64,000 bases of DNA from Eimeria praecox (GCA_963920595.1 OY986946.1:4030001-4094000), one strand, 5' to 3'; numbered from the stretch's first letter, positions 1-27,007 are shown. Numbers and translations are program-made. Notes: a model not told the origin generated them from the sequence alone.

Positions 1-29
1 ACGCCCGTGTTGCTGCATGGGTAAGGGTA

Positions 30-72
<43 letters not shown>

Positions 73-91
73 TTGCTGCTGCTGTTGTTGC

Positions 92-123
<32 letters not shown>

Positions 124-406
124 TTGCTGATGCTGCTGTTGCTGCTGTTGTTGTTGGTGCTGTTGTTGGTGCTGTTGTTGTTGTTGCTGTTTTTGTTGTT
201 GGTGCTGTTGTTGTTGTTGCTGTTGTTGTTGTTGGTGCTACTGCTGCTGCTGTTGTATGTGCTGTTCGTGCTGCTGCTGCTGTTAGATCTACTGCTGCTG
301 TTATATCTACTGCTTCTGTTGCTGCTGTTGCTGCTGCTGCTGTTGCTGCTGCTGCTGTTGTTGACGCATCTGCTATGCATGCATCATTTAAATGGTTTCT
401 TTGTTC

Positions 407-461
<55 letters not shown>

Positions 462-704
462 GTTTGCTGCAGCTGGAAGGAAGCACAGAGGAGACAGGAG
501 ACAGCGGCGTTCGCTTTCTCTTAGGAGACAGGCATGATGTGTTGCTGCTGCTGCTGTTGCTGCTGCTGCTGTTGCTGCTGCTGCTGTTGCTGCTGTTGCT
601 GCTGCTGTTGCTGCTGCTGTTGCTGCTGCTGCTGGTTTGTGCTGTAGATGTTTGTCTCCTTGTGTCTGCTGCAGCTACCTCGAAAGTCTGTGATGTTCTG
701 CTGT

Positions 705-736
<32 letters not shown>

Positions 737-912
737 TATTCGTTTCTGCTGTTGATGTGGCTGCGGCTCATGTTGCTGCTGCTGCTGCTGCTTGTGCTGC
801 TGCTGCTGCTGCTGCTGCTGCAGGAATAAGAGACATTACATTGTGTATGCTCAGGAGCTGCTGCTGCGTTTGAGAGACCCTCGAGGTAAGACAGCAGTGC
901 TAACGAGAGTGC

Positions 913-944
<32 letters not shown>

Positions 945-1086
945 TTGTTGCTGCTGTTGCTGTTGCTGCTGCTGTTGATGCTGCTGCATGTGTTGCTGCG
1001 TCTGTTGCTGCTGCTGCTGCTGCTGCAGGATGCGAACAGCATTTCATCTTCGCTCTGTCTATCGAGGTGAGAGGCCACAGCAGCAA

Positions 1087-1130
<44 letters not shown>

Positions 1131-1291
1131 ACAGCAGCAGCAGCAACAGCAGCAGCAGCAACAGCACTTAACACATTCCTCTGTCGCTTCTTTTGCTTCT
1201 CGTTTATATTTTGCTTCTCATTACATTTGCTGCTGCTGCACTTGCACTTGCTGCTGTTGCTGCTGCTGCATTTGCTGCTGTTGCTGCTGCT

Positions 1292-1328
<37 letters not shown>

Positions 1329-1427
1329 CAGGATGAGAGTCCTGCTTTCTTCCGCGCATTTCGTAAATCCTGGTCTGCTGCTTTAGGAGAGCAAATTGAA
1401 GAAGACGACGCCCTCGACGAAGAATAA
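1..1427 (+). CDS. PSMG3: Proteasome assembly chaperone 3 (PAC3/PSMG3)-like, 5'-truncated; exons <1-20, 473-531, 824-885, 1029-1066, 1332-1427
   Basis: Phase-consistent splicing gives ...ARVAAW-LEGSTEETGDSGVRFLLGDR-NKRHYIVYAQELLLRLRDPRG-CEQHFIFALSIE-DESPAFFRAFRKSWSAALGEQIEEDDALDEE*. This resembles the PAC3 pattern (LLG-D, Y/V-A-x-x-L, I/L-x-x-A-L-S/A). Intron 2 needs a GC donor at 532. Confidence 0.6.
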
Positions 1428-1430
1428 ATA

Positions 1431-1467
<37 letters not shown>

Positions 1468-1622
1468 TGCTGCTGTTGCTGCAGCAGCAACACGGCACTG
1501 CAGCAATTGCTGCTGCGGTGTCACCCTGCAGCAGCTGCTGCAGCAGCTGCTGCAGCAGCACAACTTGGGGCTGCGTAGAAGGAGATCTGCATGCAGCCAA
1601 CCAGGGCAGCCTTCTATACAGA

Positions 1623-1653
<31 letters not shown>

Positions 1654-1734
1654 CAGCAGCAGTTGTTGCTGCTGCTGCAGCACTACGCGCTTCTAACTGG
1701 GGAGAACAGCAGCACCCGCTGCGGCAGCGGCGGC

Positions 1735-1773
<39 letters not shown>

Positions 1774-2140
1774 GTCTGACGATGGAGTCTGAATGCTGTG
1801 CATCCTCTGTTAGACTTCTTCTTTATTTATTTACCGTAAAACACAGTTTGAATGAGCTGCTGATGTTGCTGCTATTGTTGCTGCTGCTGCTGCTGCTGTT
1901 GCTGCTGCTGTTGTTGCTGTTGCTGCAGCTGTTGCTGCTGTTGCTGCAGCTGTTGCTGCTGCAACTGTTGCTGCTGCTGTTGCTGCTGCTGCTGTTGTTG
2001 CTGTTGCTGCAGCTGTTGCTGCTGTTGCTGCTGCTGCTGTTGCTGCAGCTGTTGCTGCTGCTGCCGTTGCTGCAGCAGCGTCACCACTCAAGCAGCGAAC
2101 TCAGTCTTCTCATATAACTGCACGAGAGCAGCAGCAGCAA

Positions 2141-2259
<119 letters not shown>

Positions 2260-2554
2260 GCAAAATAGCTAGTAATAGTTGCATAGTCATTAAATAAGAC
2301 AAATACGTCTTCCTACAAAACACTCTCTCAGGTGTACAGGCAGCTGCGTTTAATATATTTAAACTCTTCTTTGTTTAATACAGAAATAAATATATTAATA
2401 TATTATTGTATTATTATATTAATATATTAATACTATTTTATTAATATATTAGCAGAGTAATATTATATTTATATATTAGTATATTCATATTATATTAACA
2501 TGTTAAATATATCTACATAAATATATATATATATGTATATATATATATATTAAT

Positions 2555-3000
2555 AATTTAATATAATATTACTAATATGCTAATATTATATTAATAATAT
2601 TAATATAATAATGCCAATATATAATATATTAATAATTTAATATAATATTACTAATATATTAATATTATATTAATAATTTGATATAATATTACTAATATAT
2701 TACTATTAATAATTTGATAAGATAATACTAATATATTAATACATATAATTTGATATAATATTACTAATATATTAATATTATATTAATAATTTAATATAAT
2801 ATTACTAATATATTAATATTATATTAATAATTTAATATAATATTACTAATATATTAATATTATATTAATAATTTAATATAATATTACTAATATATTAATA
2901 TTATATTAATAATTTAATATAATATTACTAATATATTAATATTATATTAATAATTTGATATAATATTACTAATATATTAATATTATATAATAATATATTA
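2555..3000. repeat. AT-rich minisatellite, 41-bp unit, about 10 degenerate copies
   Basis: Unit TTTAATATAATATTACTAATATATTAATATTATATTAATAA; TTACT recurs at 2761, 2802, 2843 (41-bp period). Confidence 0.85.
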
Positions 3001-3416
3001 TATATTAATAATAGTATAATACTTTGTTTATTATTATTAAATGATATAATAATAATAATAAATTAAATATATTACTAATAATATAATATTTTCTCTCTTT
3101 CTAATTAATAAAATAATTATAGTAAATAATAGAAAATTATAATATATTATTAAATATAATAAGTATAAATAATAATAATATATAATAATATAATAATAAA
3201 ACACTCTCTCCTATTTAAATAATTTAATATAATTAAATAATATAATAATATGTTACTTTGTTTGTTTTTAAATAATAATATAATAGTAATATATTCAATT
3301 ATAATAATCTAAGTCGTCACATAATAATAACAAGCTACTAATTATTAATTATTTATTATTTATTATTAATAATAAATAATTAATAATTAACAATTAGTAG
3401 TTAATAATTAATAATT

Positions 3417-3456
<40 letters not shown>

Positions 3457-3490
3457 TATAGGAATCTGTATAATAATAATATATACAAGT

Positions 3491-3542
<52 letters not shown>

Positions 3543-3963
3543 TTGTTGGTGTTTCTCTCTTCTTCTTCTGGTGTCTGCATACACCTGAAGAAGAATGTTT
3601 GTTGTTTTGTTTTTAAACAAACAAGAAGTACTTCGGGTGTACAGACAAATAAATAAAAAGAAGAAAATAATAAAATAATAAAATAATAAGAAAATAATAA
3701 TAATAATAATAATAAAGAAAGAAGAAACAGACAAAGACAAAGAGACAAAGATCTGGGCCTGATAATCAGGTGTACGTACACCTCAAAAGGAGACAGATTA
3801 AAAAAGGAGACAGATTAAAATGAAGGAGACAGATAATTAAGGGAGAGAGAAGAGTAAGGGAGACAGGGAGAGAAAGGAGACAGATTAATAAAGGGGACAG
3901 AGAAACACGAATAGCTATTTGTTATAGCTATAAACATATATATATATATATAAGATGTAAGGA

Positions 3964-8600
<4,637 letters not shown>

Positions 8601-8809
8601 CTTTGATAGTTTAGCGGGAGTCAAGCAAGAAGAGCAGCAGCAGCAGCAGCAGTTGCTGCTGCTGCTGGTGGTGGTGCTGCTGGTGCTGCTGTTGGTGCTG
8701 CTGCTGCTGTGGGGCCGGCGGTGGCGTCGCCTCACAGTTGCCTATACAGTCGAGGAGAGCACAACCTGCAACACTAGCAGCAGCAGCAGCAGCAGCAGCA
8801 AAAATCGCT

Positions 8810-8854
<45 letters not shown>

Positions 8855-9037
8855 CGAGACACTGGGAGGTAAACCGGCCTCGAGCTCTGCCGCTGAAGAG
8901 GGATGCTGTGCTGCTGTTGCTGCAGCAGCAACAGCAGCAGCAGCAGCAGCAATAAAATTAAATACAAATAAAAAATATCTTCTTCTCTTTATACTTTCGT
9001 CTTTAATGCTGCAGTGTGTTTACAGAGCATCGAAGGA

Positions 9038-9108
<71 letters not shown>

Positions 9109-9326
9109 CTCTCGCTAAGAGACAGCAACATCAGCAGCAAAATAAAATAAGAAAAAGGTTTGAGTAGGGTTTATACAGTAGAATGTGCTGCGATAGAATG
9201 TTGCTGCTGCTGCTGCTGCTGCTGTTGCTGCTGCTACCCAACGTCGATGCAGCAGCAGCAGCAGCAACAGCAACAGCAGCAGCAGCAGCAGCAGCGGACA
9301 GCAGCGGTCCAATGGCGCCCCGACCA

Positions 9327-9358
<32 letters not shown>

Positions 9359-9531
9359 GCTGCTGCTGCTGCTGCTGCTGTTCTAAATGTTGTTTATAGA
9401 ATAAAATTAAATATATTCATGAAATAATATTTGTTAATTATTTATAATTTAAATTTAATATTTTTCTGCTGCTGAAGACGACAGCGTGTTGGGCTTAACG
9501 AACAGGTTTGCTGCTCCGCTGCCGCCTCTGT

Positions 9532-9579
<48 letters not shown>

Positions 9580-9713
9580 TATTGCAGCAGCAGCTGCTGT
9601 TATGTTAGCAATGGAACAATATTATTTATAAATTAAATTTTGTTTATTATATTTTTATTACTTTCGCTCAGCCGGACAGCCATACATTTTTCCTAAAGAC
9701 ACCACCAAATACT

Positions 9714-9780
<67 letters not shown>

Positions 9781-9890
9781 AGGCGGCGACTTTCTTTGTC
9801 TAGTTCATCATCATCACCTTCACTTCTCAACAGCAGCACTGCACTGTATATACACCCCACGGCCTAGGGCTTAACCCTTACTAACACATT

Positions 9891-9937
<47 letters not shown>

Positions 9938-10136
9938 AGTAATAACAGCAGGTAGCCCCCCCTTCCGACTGCAGCTACACCGCTTCACCAAGAAGCCTCA
10001 GCAACAAAGCAGCAAGGGGAATTGCTGTTGCTGCTGCTGCAGCAATTGCTGTTGCTGCTGCTGCTGCAATTGCTGCTGTTGCTGCTGCTGCAGCTCCTAT
10101 AGATTGTTTGTCCTGTCCAAACAGCAGCAGCACGAT

Positions 10137-10173
<37 letters not shown>

Positions 10174-10584
10174 GCTTGAGGGGTTGCTTCCCCTACCGCA
10201 GCTCTGGCAGCGCCAGCCGGTAGAGCAGCAGCAGCGGCTGCCGCCACTGCTGCCTCAGCAGCAGCAGGACCTTCTGCTGCTGCTGCTGCTGCTGCTGCTG
10301 GATCGAATGCTGCTCAAGATACACCGGAGGTGGAGCTTCTGCCGCTGCTGCACGCTCGGCTCTCACCTGGGGGTTGCAGCAGCAGCAGCAGCAGCAGCAG
10401 CAGTGGCAGCAACGCCAGCAGCAGCAGCAGCAGCAACGCCAGCAGCAGCAGCAGCGGCAGCAGCAGCAGCAGGAACAGGAGCAGGAGAGGCTGCGTGTAG
10501 CTCCCTAGATTCAGCAGGTGCAGTTGATTAGGGGCGGTGCAGCAGCAACAGCAGCAGCAACACCAGCAGCAACACCAGCAGCAA

Positions 10585-10627
<43 letters not shown>

Positions 10628-10679
10628 GTGACTAGCGATTTGTGATAGGGGCGAAGAAGCTGCTGCGTTTAAGCAAGAA

Positions 10680-19647
<8,968 letters not shown>

Positions 19648-19900
19648 CCCCTTGACTTCATGATTTTGTGTTTTTGTCTAAACATTAACAGCAAAAGACA
19701 GCAGCAGCAACAGCATTAGAAACGAACAGCAGCAGCAACAGCAGCAGCAGGTGCGACTGCTGCTGCTGCTGCTGCTGCTGTTCTTGCTGCTGCTGCTCTG
19801 TATGTTTTCCTCTTTAAACGTTAAAGAGCAGCAGCAGAAGCAGCTGCTAGCTGCTGCTGCAGCAGACACAATTGTCTTCTAAGCCCAACTTGTCTTACGC

Positions 19901-20001
<101 letters not shown>

Positions 20002-20305
20002 CTTAGTGCTGCTGCTGCTGCTTTTGTTTGCGTGGCTGTTGTTGCTGCTGCTGCTGCTGCTTCTGTTGCTGTATACTAATGTTGCTGTTTAGTACTAAGC
20101 GCACACTTAGCTGCCCCTCCGTCTCTCCAACTCCCAGACTAGCTAGCTAGCTAGCTAGCTAGCTAGCTAGCGGGCTGATTGTGCATATAGCTAGCTAGCT
20201 AGCTAGCTAGCTAGCTAGCTAGCTAGCTAGCTGGCTGAGTGTCTAGCTGAGTAGCTAGCTAGCTATTCCCCCGTATACGGCTATGCTTGTAGCTGTTTAT
20301 TTAAG

Positions 20306-20349
20306 ATGGGAAGAACTGCAGCTGCAAGGTAGAGGAGACAGCCTCTCCC

Positions 20350-20381
<32 letters not shown>

Positions 20382-20550
20382 TGCAGCCGCTGCTGCTGCA
20401 GCTGCTGCTGCTGCAGCTGCTGCTGCTGTAGCTGCTGCTGCTGTAGCTGCTGCTGCTGCTGCAGGTGCTGCTGCAGCTGCAGCAGGGGAGCTCTATCCCT
20501 TAATAAATACATGGCATATATAATCAGCTTCCCGGTGCATGCAGCAACAG

Positions 20551-20588
<38 letters not shown>

Positions 20589-20941
20589 ACAGCAGCAACA
20601 GCAGCAACAGCAGCAACAGCAGCAACAGCAGCAACAGCAGCAGCAACAGCAGCAGCAACAGCAGCAGCAGTAGCAGCAGCAGCAGTAGTAGCAGCAGCAG
20701 CAGCAGTAGCAGCAGCAGCAGCAGTAGCAGCAGCAGCAGCAGTAGCAGCAGCAAGAAGCAGTCTCAGCAACAGCAGCAGCAGACAGCAACAGCCACAGCA
20801 GCAGCCGACGGCCGCAGTGGCAGCAGCAGCAGCAGAAGGCCGCAGCAGCAGCAGCAGAAGGCCGCAGCAGCAGCAGCAGCATTCAGAGTCAGCAGCACAC
20901 GACAACAGCAACACCAGACATCAGAAACAGCAACAGCAGCA

Positions 20942-20972
<31 letters not shown>

Positions 20973-21110
20973 GAGCGGCAGCAACAGCAGCAGCAGCGGC
21001 AACTCTTTGTTTTTATTTTATCTTCTTTATATTTTAAATAAACTAAATACAAATTATAAATATAATTATTATATTTGCAACAGAAGACACAACATCTTCC
21101 GCGGGACTGA
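20306..21110 (+). CDS. Candidate 32-aa microprotein MGRTAAARGALSLNKYMAYIISFPKTQHLPRD; exons 20306-20328, 20486-20534, 21084-21110
   Basis: Three non-repetitive islands among CAG tracts. Each has GT/AG boundaries and they join in phase from ATG to TGA. Confidence 0.45.
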
Positions 21111-21124
21111 GCAGGCAGGGGCCC

Positions 21125-21202
<78 letters not shown>

Positions 21203-21311
21203 CGCAGCGTTTTTTCGGTTTTTGTTTGTTAACTTCTCTTCATTGTGATTTTGATTTTGAGTGTTTGTTATTTTATGCTTCTTTACTTGCGAGGGTGTTG
21301 TGTTGTATCTG

Positions 21312-21367
<56 letters not shown>

Positions 21368-21610
21368 GGAAGAGCAGCAGCAGCTGCTGCTGCTGCTGCT
21401 GCTGTGGAATCCATATTGTCTGGCAGCATTAGCTGCAGTTATAGTCTCACACGAGCTGCAGCAACAGCAGCAGCAGCAACAGCAGCAGCAGCAACAGCAG
21501 CAGCAGCAACAGCAGCAGCCGTGCTGCTGCTGCTACTAGTGACACCGCAGCTGCAGCAGTCAATGCGCAGCTAAGTTGTACAGTTCGATCCCTCCAAGCA
21601 GCAGCAGATT

Positions 21611-21641
<31 letters not shown>

Positions 21642-21790
21642 TGCTGCTGCTGCCTCGAGCAGCTACACCAAACCCTTCATCATCAGCGAAGACAGAGCAG
21701 CTGTGCAACCGCAGCAGCAGCAGCAGCAGCAGCAGTGACAGCAGCCGTTTGCAGCAGCAGCAAAGTAGACAGCGTCAACAGCAGCAGCAA

Positions 21791-21834
<44 letters not shown>

Positions 21835-21837
21835 AAG

Positions 21838-22721
21838 ATGTTGTCTCGTATGTGGGGTGCTGTGAAGCGCCATCCTTATCGAGCGATTGCAGGTGCAGCA
21901 GCAGCAGCAGCTGCAGCAGCAGCAGCAGCAACAGCAGCAAAGATATACAGACACCACAAACGTCTTGCTGCGCTTCTAGAAGCTGATGATGATAGTCTAA
22001 CAGATTTGCTGCTGCAGCAGCTGGGATTGAAGGAGGAGGAGCTGCTGCAGCTGCGGCAGCAGCAGCAGCAGCAGCAGCAGGAACAGCAGCAGTTAACAGA
22101 AGCAGAATGGATATCTGCCTTTCATTTTGTACGTAATCAATCTGTTGCTGACAGTTCGTTGCTGCTGCTGCTGCAGCAACTGCAGCAGCAGCAGCAGCAG
22201 CAGCTTGAAGCAGCATTTGCTGTTGATGCATACACCCGAATGCTGCGGGAACCGCAGCAATTAAATACAATGACAGCAGAACAGAAAGAAGAATGTTTTC
22301 AACAATTAACTATCTCTGTATTTGCAAGGACAGTTAGCAGAGTGGTGCTGCTGCTGCTGCTGCTGCTGCTGCATCGTGTTCAAGTTAACTTGCTTGCTGC
22401 TGCTCTATTAAATAAGGAGCAGCAGCAACAGCAGCAGCAGCAGGAACCGCAGCAACTGCAGCATCAAGAACTACTACTACAGCAGCAGCAACAGCAGCAG
22501 CAGCAGCAGCAGCAGCACCAACAGAATTTTGTTTTTCTATCATCAACACGGCTTGCTGCTTCTGCTGCTCTTGTGTCTCGTGTTGCTGCTGCTGCTCTCA
22601 AGGAAGTACGCATATTTGTATGTTGCTGTCCTCCGCAGACAGCAATTACGGCGGAGTTGCTGCAGCAGCAGCTGCAGCAAATCATCTATAGAATATGCTT
22701 GCGTCTTTGCCGGGAGGCAGC

Positions 22722-22769
<48 letters not shown>

Positions 22770-22813
22770 GCAGCAGTCAGGAGAACCGGAGACAGCTGTT
22801 GCGTCTGATGAAC

Positions 22814-22868
<55 letters not shown>

Positions 22869-23610
22869 TATAGATGAAGCAGTTGATGATGAATGCGGCT
22901 ATGCTGCGCTGCTGTTGCCAGAGTCGGGGTGTATAGACAGCAGCAGATTTGCTGCTCTTCCTGCAGCAGCAGCAGCATCAGTGCTGCAGCTGCAGCAGGA
23001 AGCAAGAGATATACTTGACTCTCCTGCATTTGCTGCTGCTGTCAGAGGATTATCTGCTGCTGCTGCTGCTGCTCTTGTACAGCGAATTGTAGAAGCACTG
23101 CAGCAAGCAGGCACACTGCCTCCTGCTGCTGCTGCTGCTGCTGCTCCTGCAACAGCAGCAGCAGCAGCAGCACCCCCAGCAGCAGCAGCAACAGCAGCAG
23201 CAGCATCAGCAGCATACAAGACACCGTTTCAACTAGCTCGGTGTTTAGGGTGTACATGCAGGTTAGCAGAGTGGGCGTTAGGTGCCAGTGGAGGTGAGGA
23301 GCTGCTGCTGCTGCTGGCAGCAGCAGCAGAGACAGTAGAGTTATCTGCTGTTTGTTATTGGTCTGAAGATATGAGCTTCGATAAAGTACAGCAAATGCTG
23401 CATCTTGTAGCCCTTGCTCAGCAGCAGCAGCAGCAAGAGCAGCAGCTAGATCTGCAGCAGCAGCAGCAGCAACAGCAGCAAGATCTGCAGCAGCAGCAGC
23501 AACAGCAGCAGGAATTCATGGATGATAAGCAGCAGCAACAGCAGCAAAGTGAAAGCTCAGCTACGGCTACTCTTGCTGTTGCTGCTGTTGCTGCTGCTGC
23601 ACAGGCTTGA
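21838..23610 (+). CDS. PEX3: Peroxin-3 (peroxisomal membrane biogenesis factor), single exon, 590 aa
   Basis: N-terminal W-x3-KRH followed by a hydrophobic anchor; FHFVRNQSVAD; QKEECFQQLTISVFARTV; LHRVQVNLL; EARDILDSPAF; LARCL. These match Pex3 conserved blocks in order. Confidence 0.85.
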
Positions 23611-24772
23611 TGTCCAGCAGCAGCAACAGCAGCAGCAACAGCAGCAAAGGCCGTACTTAGTGACGCCGCTGCTGCTGTGCGGCAGACGACTTGGGGTGTA
23701 TAGGCAGCTCCCTGTACCCTAAATGAAGTTTGCATACAGCAGCAGCAGCAACAACAGCAGCAGCAACAGCAGCAGCAGCAACAGCAGCTGCTGCTGTTGC
23801 GTGTTAATTTGTTTCTCTAGACTCTTTTATAAACCTAATATGTATTTGTTTTATTCTTCCTAAATAAATATAATTTAATATAATTAAATATAATTAAATA
23901 TAATTAAATATAAACAATAAAAATAAAACAAACAAAAACCAAAAAAGATTCGTTCTCGTTTAAATTTCTTATTTTTCTCCTTGCTGCTATGCAGACAAAG
24001 AAAACAACAAAAACTAATAATTTAAACGCTGCTGCTGTTGCTGCTGCTGTTGCTGCTGCTGTTGCTGCTGCTGTTGCTGCTGCTGTTGCTGCTGCTGTTG
24101 CTGCTGCTGCTGTTGCTGCTACTGCTGTTTATAAAGTAGCAGAACTGGCATTGTTGCTGCTGCTGTTGCTGCTGCAGCAGCAGCAGCAGATCATCAACCG
24201 GCACAGCAGCAGCAGCTTCTGCTGCTGTTGCTTCGCTGCTGTTTCTATGCAATACTCAACAAGCACCGCAGCTGCTGCGGCAGCTTCTGCTGCTATTGCT
24301 GCTGCTGCTGCTGCTGCTATTGCTGCTGCTGCTGCTGCAGTCTGCTGCAGCATTTAATATAGCTAGCCAGCTTTGTCTTGTAGAGTTTAAACCAAATCCG
24401 CAGGTTAGTGAAGTTAATACTGGAGAGATATCGTGTAGAGATAATTGTTTATCTGCACAAATAAATACAAATATACAATTATATTTATTTATTATAATTA
24501 ATTATAATTAATTATTATTGGGTAGTTAAGTATAATTAATTAATTACTTAATTAAAATGAAGTAATTAAGTTGTTTTATATTGATTTATAATGGTCCTGG
24601 GATTGTTGATTTTGTATTCGTAGGCTGATCTGGAAGAGTGCGTACAGTGCAAGCAGCAGCAGCAGCAGCAGCAGAAGCAGCAGCAGCAGAAGCAGCAGCA
24701 GCAACATAAACAGCAGCAGAAGAGACAACAAAGACAATCATTTATATATAGACTAACATAAAAATAAAAAAC

Positions 24773-24821
<49 letters not shown>

Positions 24822-24982
24822 ACTCTCAGAGTATTACACCTGTGTCAGCATACACCCTGAGGTGTATATACACTGCATGCACATGCCTACTACACCATCG
24901 AGGGAAAATAAATAAATAATATATTCCCACAGAATATTTATATACAAAAATAAACAAACAAAAACAAATGTTATTTTGCTTA

Positions 24983-25083
24983 ACACTGCCTTCTCAGGGA
25001 TAGATTATTAAAGCTGTCAGTATACACCCTGAGGTGTATATACAGTAATACATGCGCTTGTTTGTATGCATCATCGAAAGGCA

Positions 25084-25087
<4 letters not shown>
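24983..25087 (-). ncRNA. Box C/D snoRNA (copy 1) with two SSU rRNA guides
   Basis: Minus strand: 10-bp terminal stem (24983-24992/25078-25087), box C-like ATGATGC, box D CTGA (24997-24994). Guides GCGCATGTATTA and AATAATCTATCC are antisense to SSU rRNA segments I recall as TAATACATGCGC and GGATAGATTATT. Confidence 0.8.
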
Positions 25088-25132
<45 letters not shown>

Positions 25133-25847
25133 GACAGATACATATAGATGCATATGTACATACATATGTTTCAACATACAAATGTGTTTATATGCATATA
25201 TACAGATAAACAATATATATATAAAGACCGCCGAGCCACTCCGATAACAGAACAGTGTCATAAGCCCTTAAAAATAGAAAACAAACAAACCTTCTAGATA
25301 AAATATTTTCTAGAAAGTTTGAATATAATGTGGGCGTGTTTGAGTTGGTGTAACTGCACATACACCGCAGAAACAGATAATGGACCGATCTTGAGTGTAC
25401 GCGCACCGTTCAGGGGCTAAATCGACAGCAAATTAAACAAAAAAAGCCTCTAAATTAAATATAAAACAAAATCTATGCTATATATATATAATAATAATAA
25501 TAATAAAACAAACTCACGAATCATCTCGAATGCTGCGTCCCCCAACGCCGCCAGTGGTGTATGTACAGCCGAAGCTATGAACAACGAAACACACGGAAAG
25601 CATGAAGAAAGCTGTGGAATTCATGTATTTTATTTAATAAATAATAATAATAATAAATAAATAATTAAAAAAACAAATTTTTATCAAATATAAAAACCAA
25701 ATAACCCCGTATATCTATCTATATATCTATCGTCTCAATCATCGACAGCGCCATACATGTAGAGAAAGCTGAACGGCTTCAGCAGCCACTCAATCTATCT
25801 TCAAATAAATTATAAAATTATAAAATTAAATTAATTATACAATTAAA

Positions 25848-26603
25848 TTAATAAATTAACATCGATTTCCTTCTCCTTTTCACTCTCTTCATCATCCGAA
25901 GAGAAGGCTAGACACCTCCACGAGCACTTAAGGAGGTGCTGCCTATACACCCGAAAGAGGTGTATATACACCGCACTAAATTAAACTAAATATAACAAAA
26001 GAAAGGGAAAAAAAACGTAATTGAGGCCACATAACCCGTACACATATACATATATTTTGTATATCCATACATTCTATATACATCTATATATTATATACAG
26101 AGAGATGCAGAGAGATAGATAGATCGATATAGATATCTAAACACAAAATATACAATAAAGACGTACTTATGAATTAATTTGACCATACACTTATATTCGT
26201 CTGAGCATCCAAACAGCCAGCAGGAAACACCACAACTTTTGTTATCTGCAAAAGAAAACAAGAAGTAAATCATGACGGATTCAGGTGTATAGGCACCTCG
26301 TGTTGTCCGTACACCCAAACATACAACCATCATATATATATATAGTAAAACATTTAATAACATATATAATAATATACACTATATATGCAGCTTCCTCCAT
26401 ATAATACAAGCATAAACAAATAAATAAATATATTAATATAAACCTCCTCTCCTCAGGGATAGATTATTAGTAAAGCGTCATGACACCTCGAGGTGTCTAT
26501 CCGTTAATACATGCGCTGATTTGGATGCATCATAGGGAGGAAATACAAGAAAAAAACAAAAAACATATGCAAAATAATATAAATATATAAATAAATAAAT
26601 AAA

Positions 26604-26652
<49 letters not shown>

Positions 26653-26958
26653 ACACTCTCTTCAGCAGCAGCACAAGCAGCAGCGGCAAGAGCAGCAGCG
26701 GAAAGCGCAGCAGCAAGATAATGGATGGTGTTGTAGTTTGTTTTGGGGTGTATATAAAAACAAAAACAAATTAATTAATCTTTAAATGCCTCACCTATAG
26801 CAGACAAATCTCCGGCAGGAGAAGTAGGAGAAGAATTCTTCAACGCCGTAGCAAACAGAGAAGAAGCCGACGAGGAAATGAGAGAAGATGACGCCTCAGG
26901 TCTTAGCGTCACAGGATTACTGTAGACAAATACAAATTAATTAATTAACTAATTAATT

Positions 26959-27007
<49 letters not shown>

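Noticed and set aside
9455..10250. Possible minus-strand spliced gene (YLVVSLGKMYGCPAERK|GGSGAANLFVKP...*)
   Set aside because: One junction is in phase, but I found no credible start, no consistent upstream exons and no recognisable family.
24997..25057. rRNA gene fragment
   Set aside because: Only 12-13 nt matches, positioned next to D/D' boxes; they are better explained as snoRNA guides.
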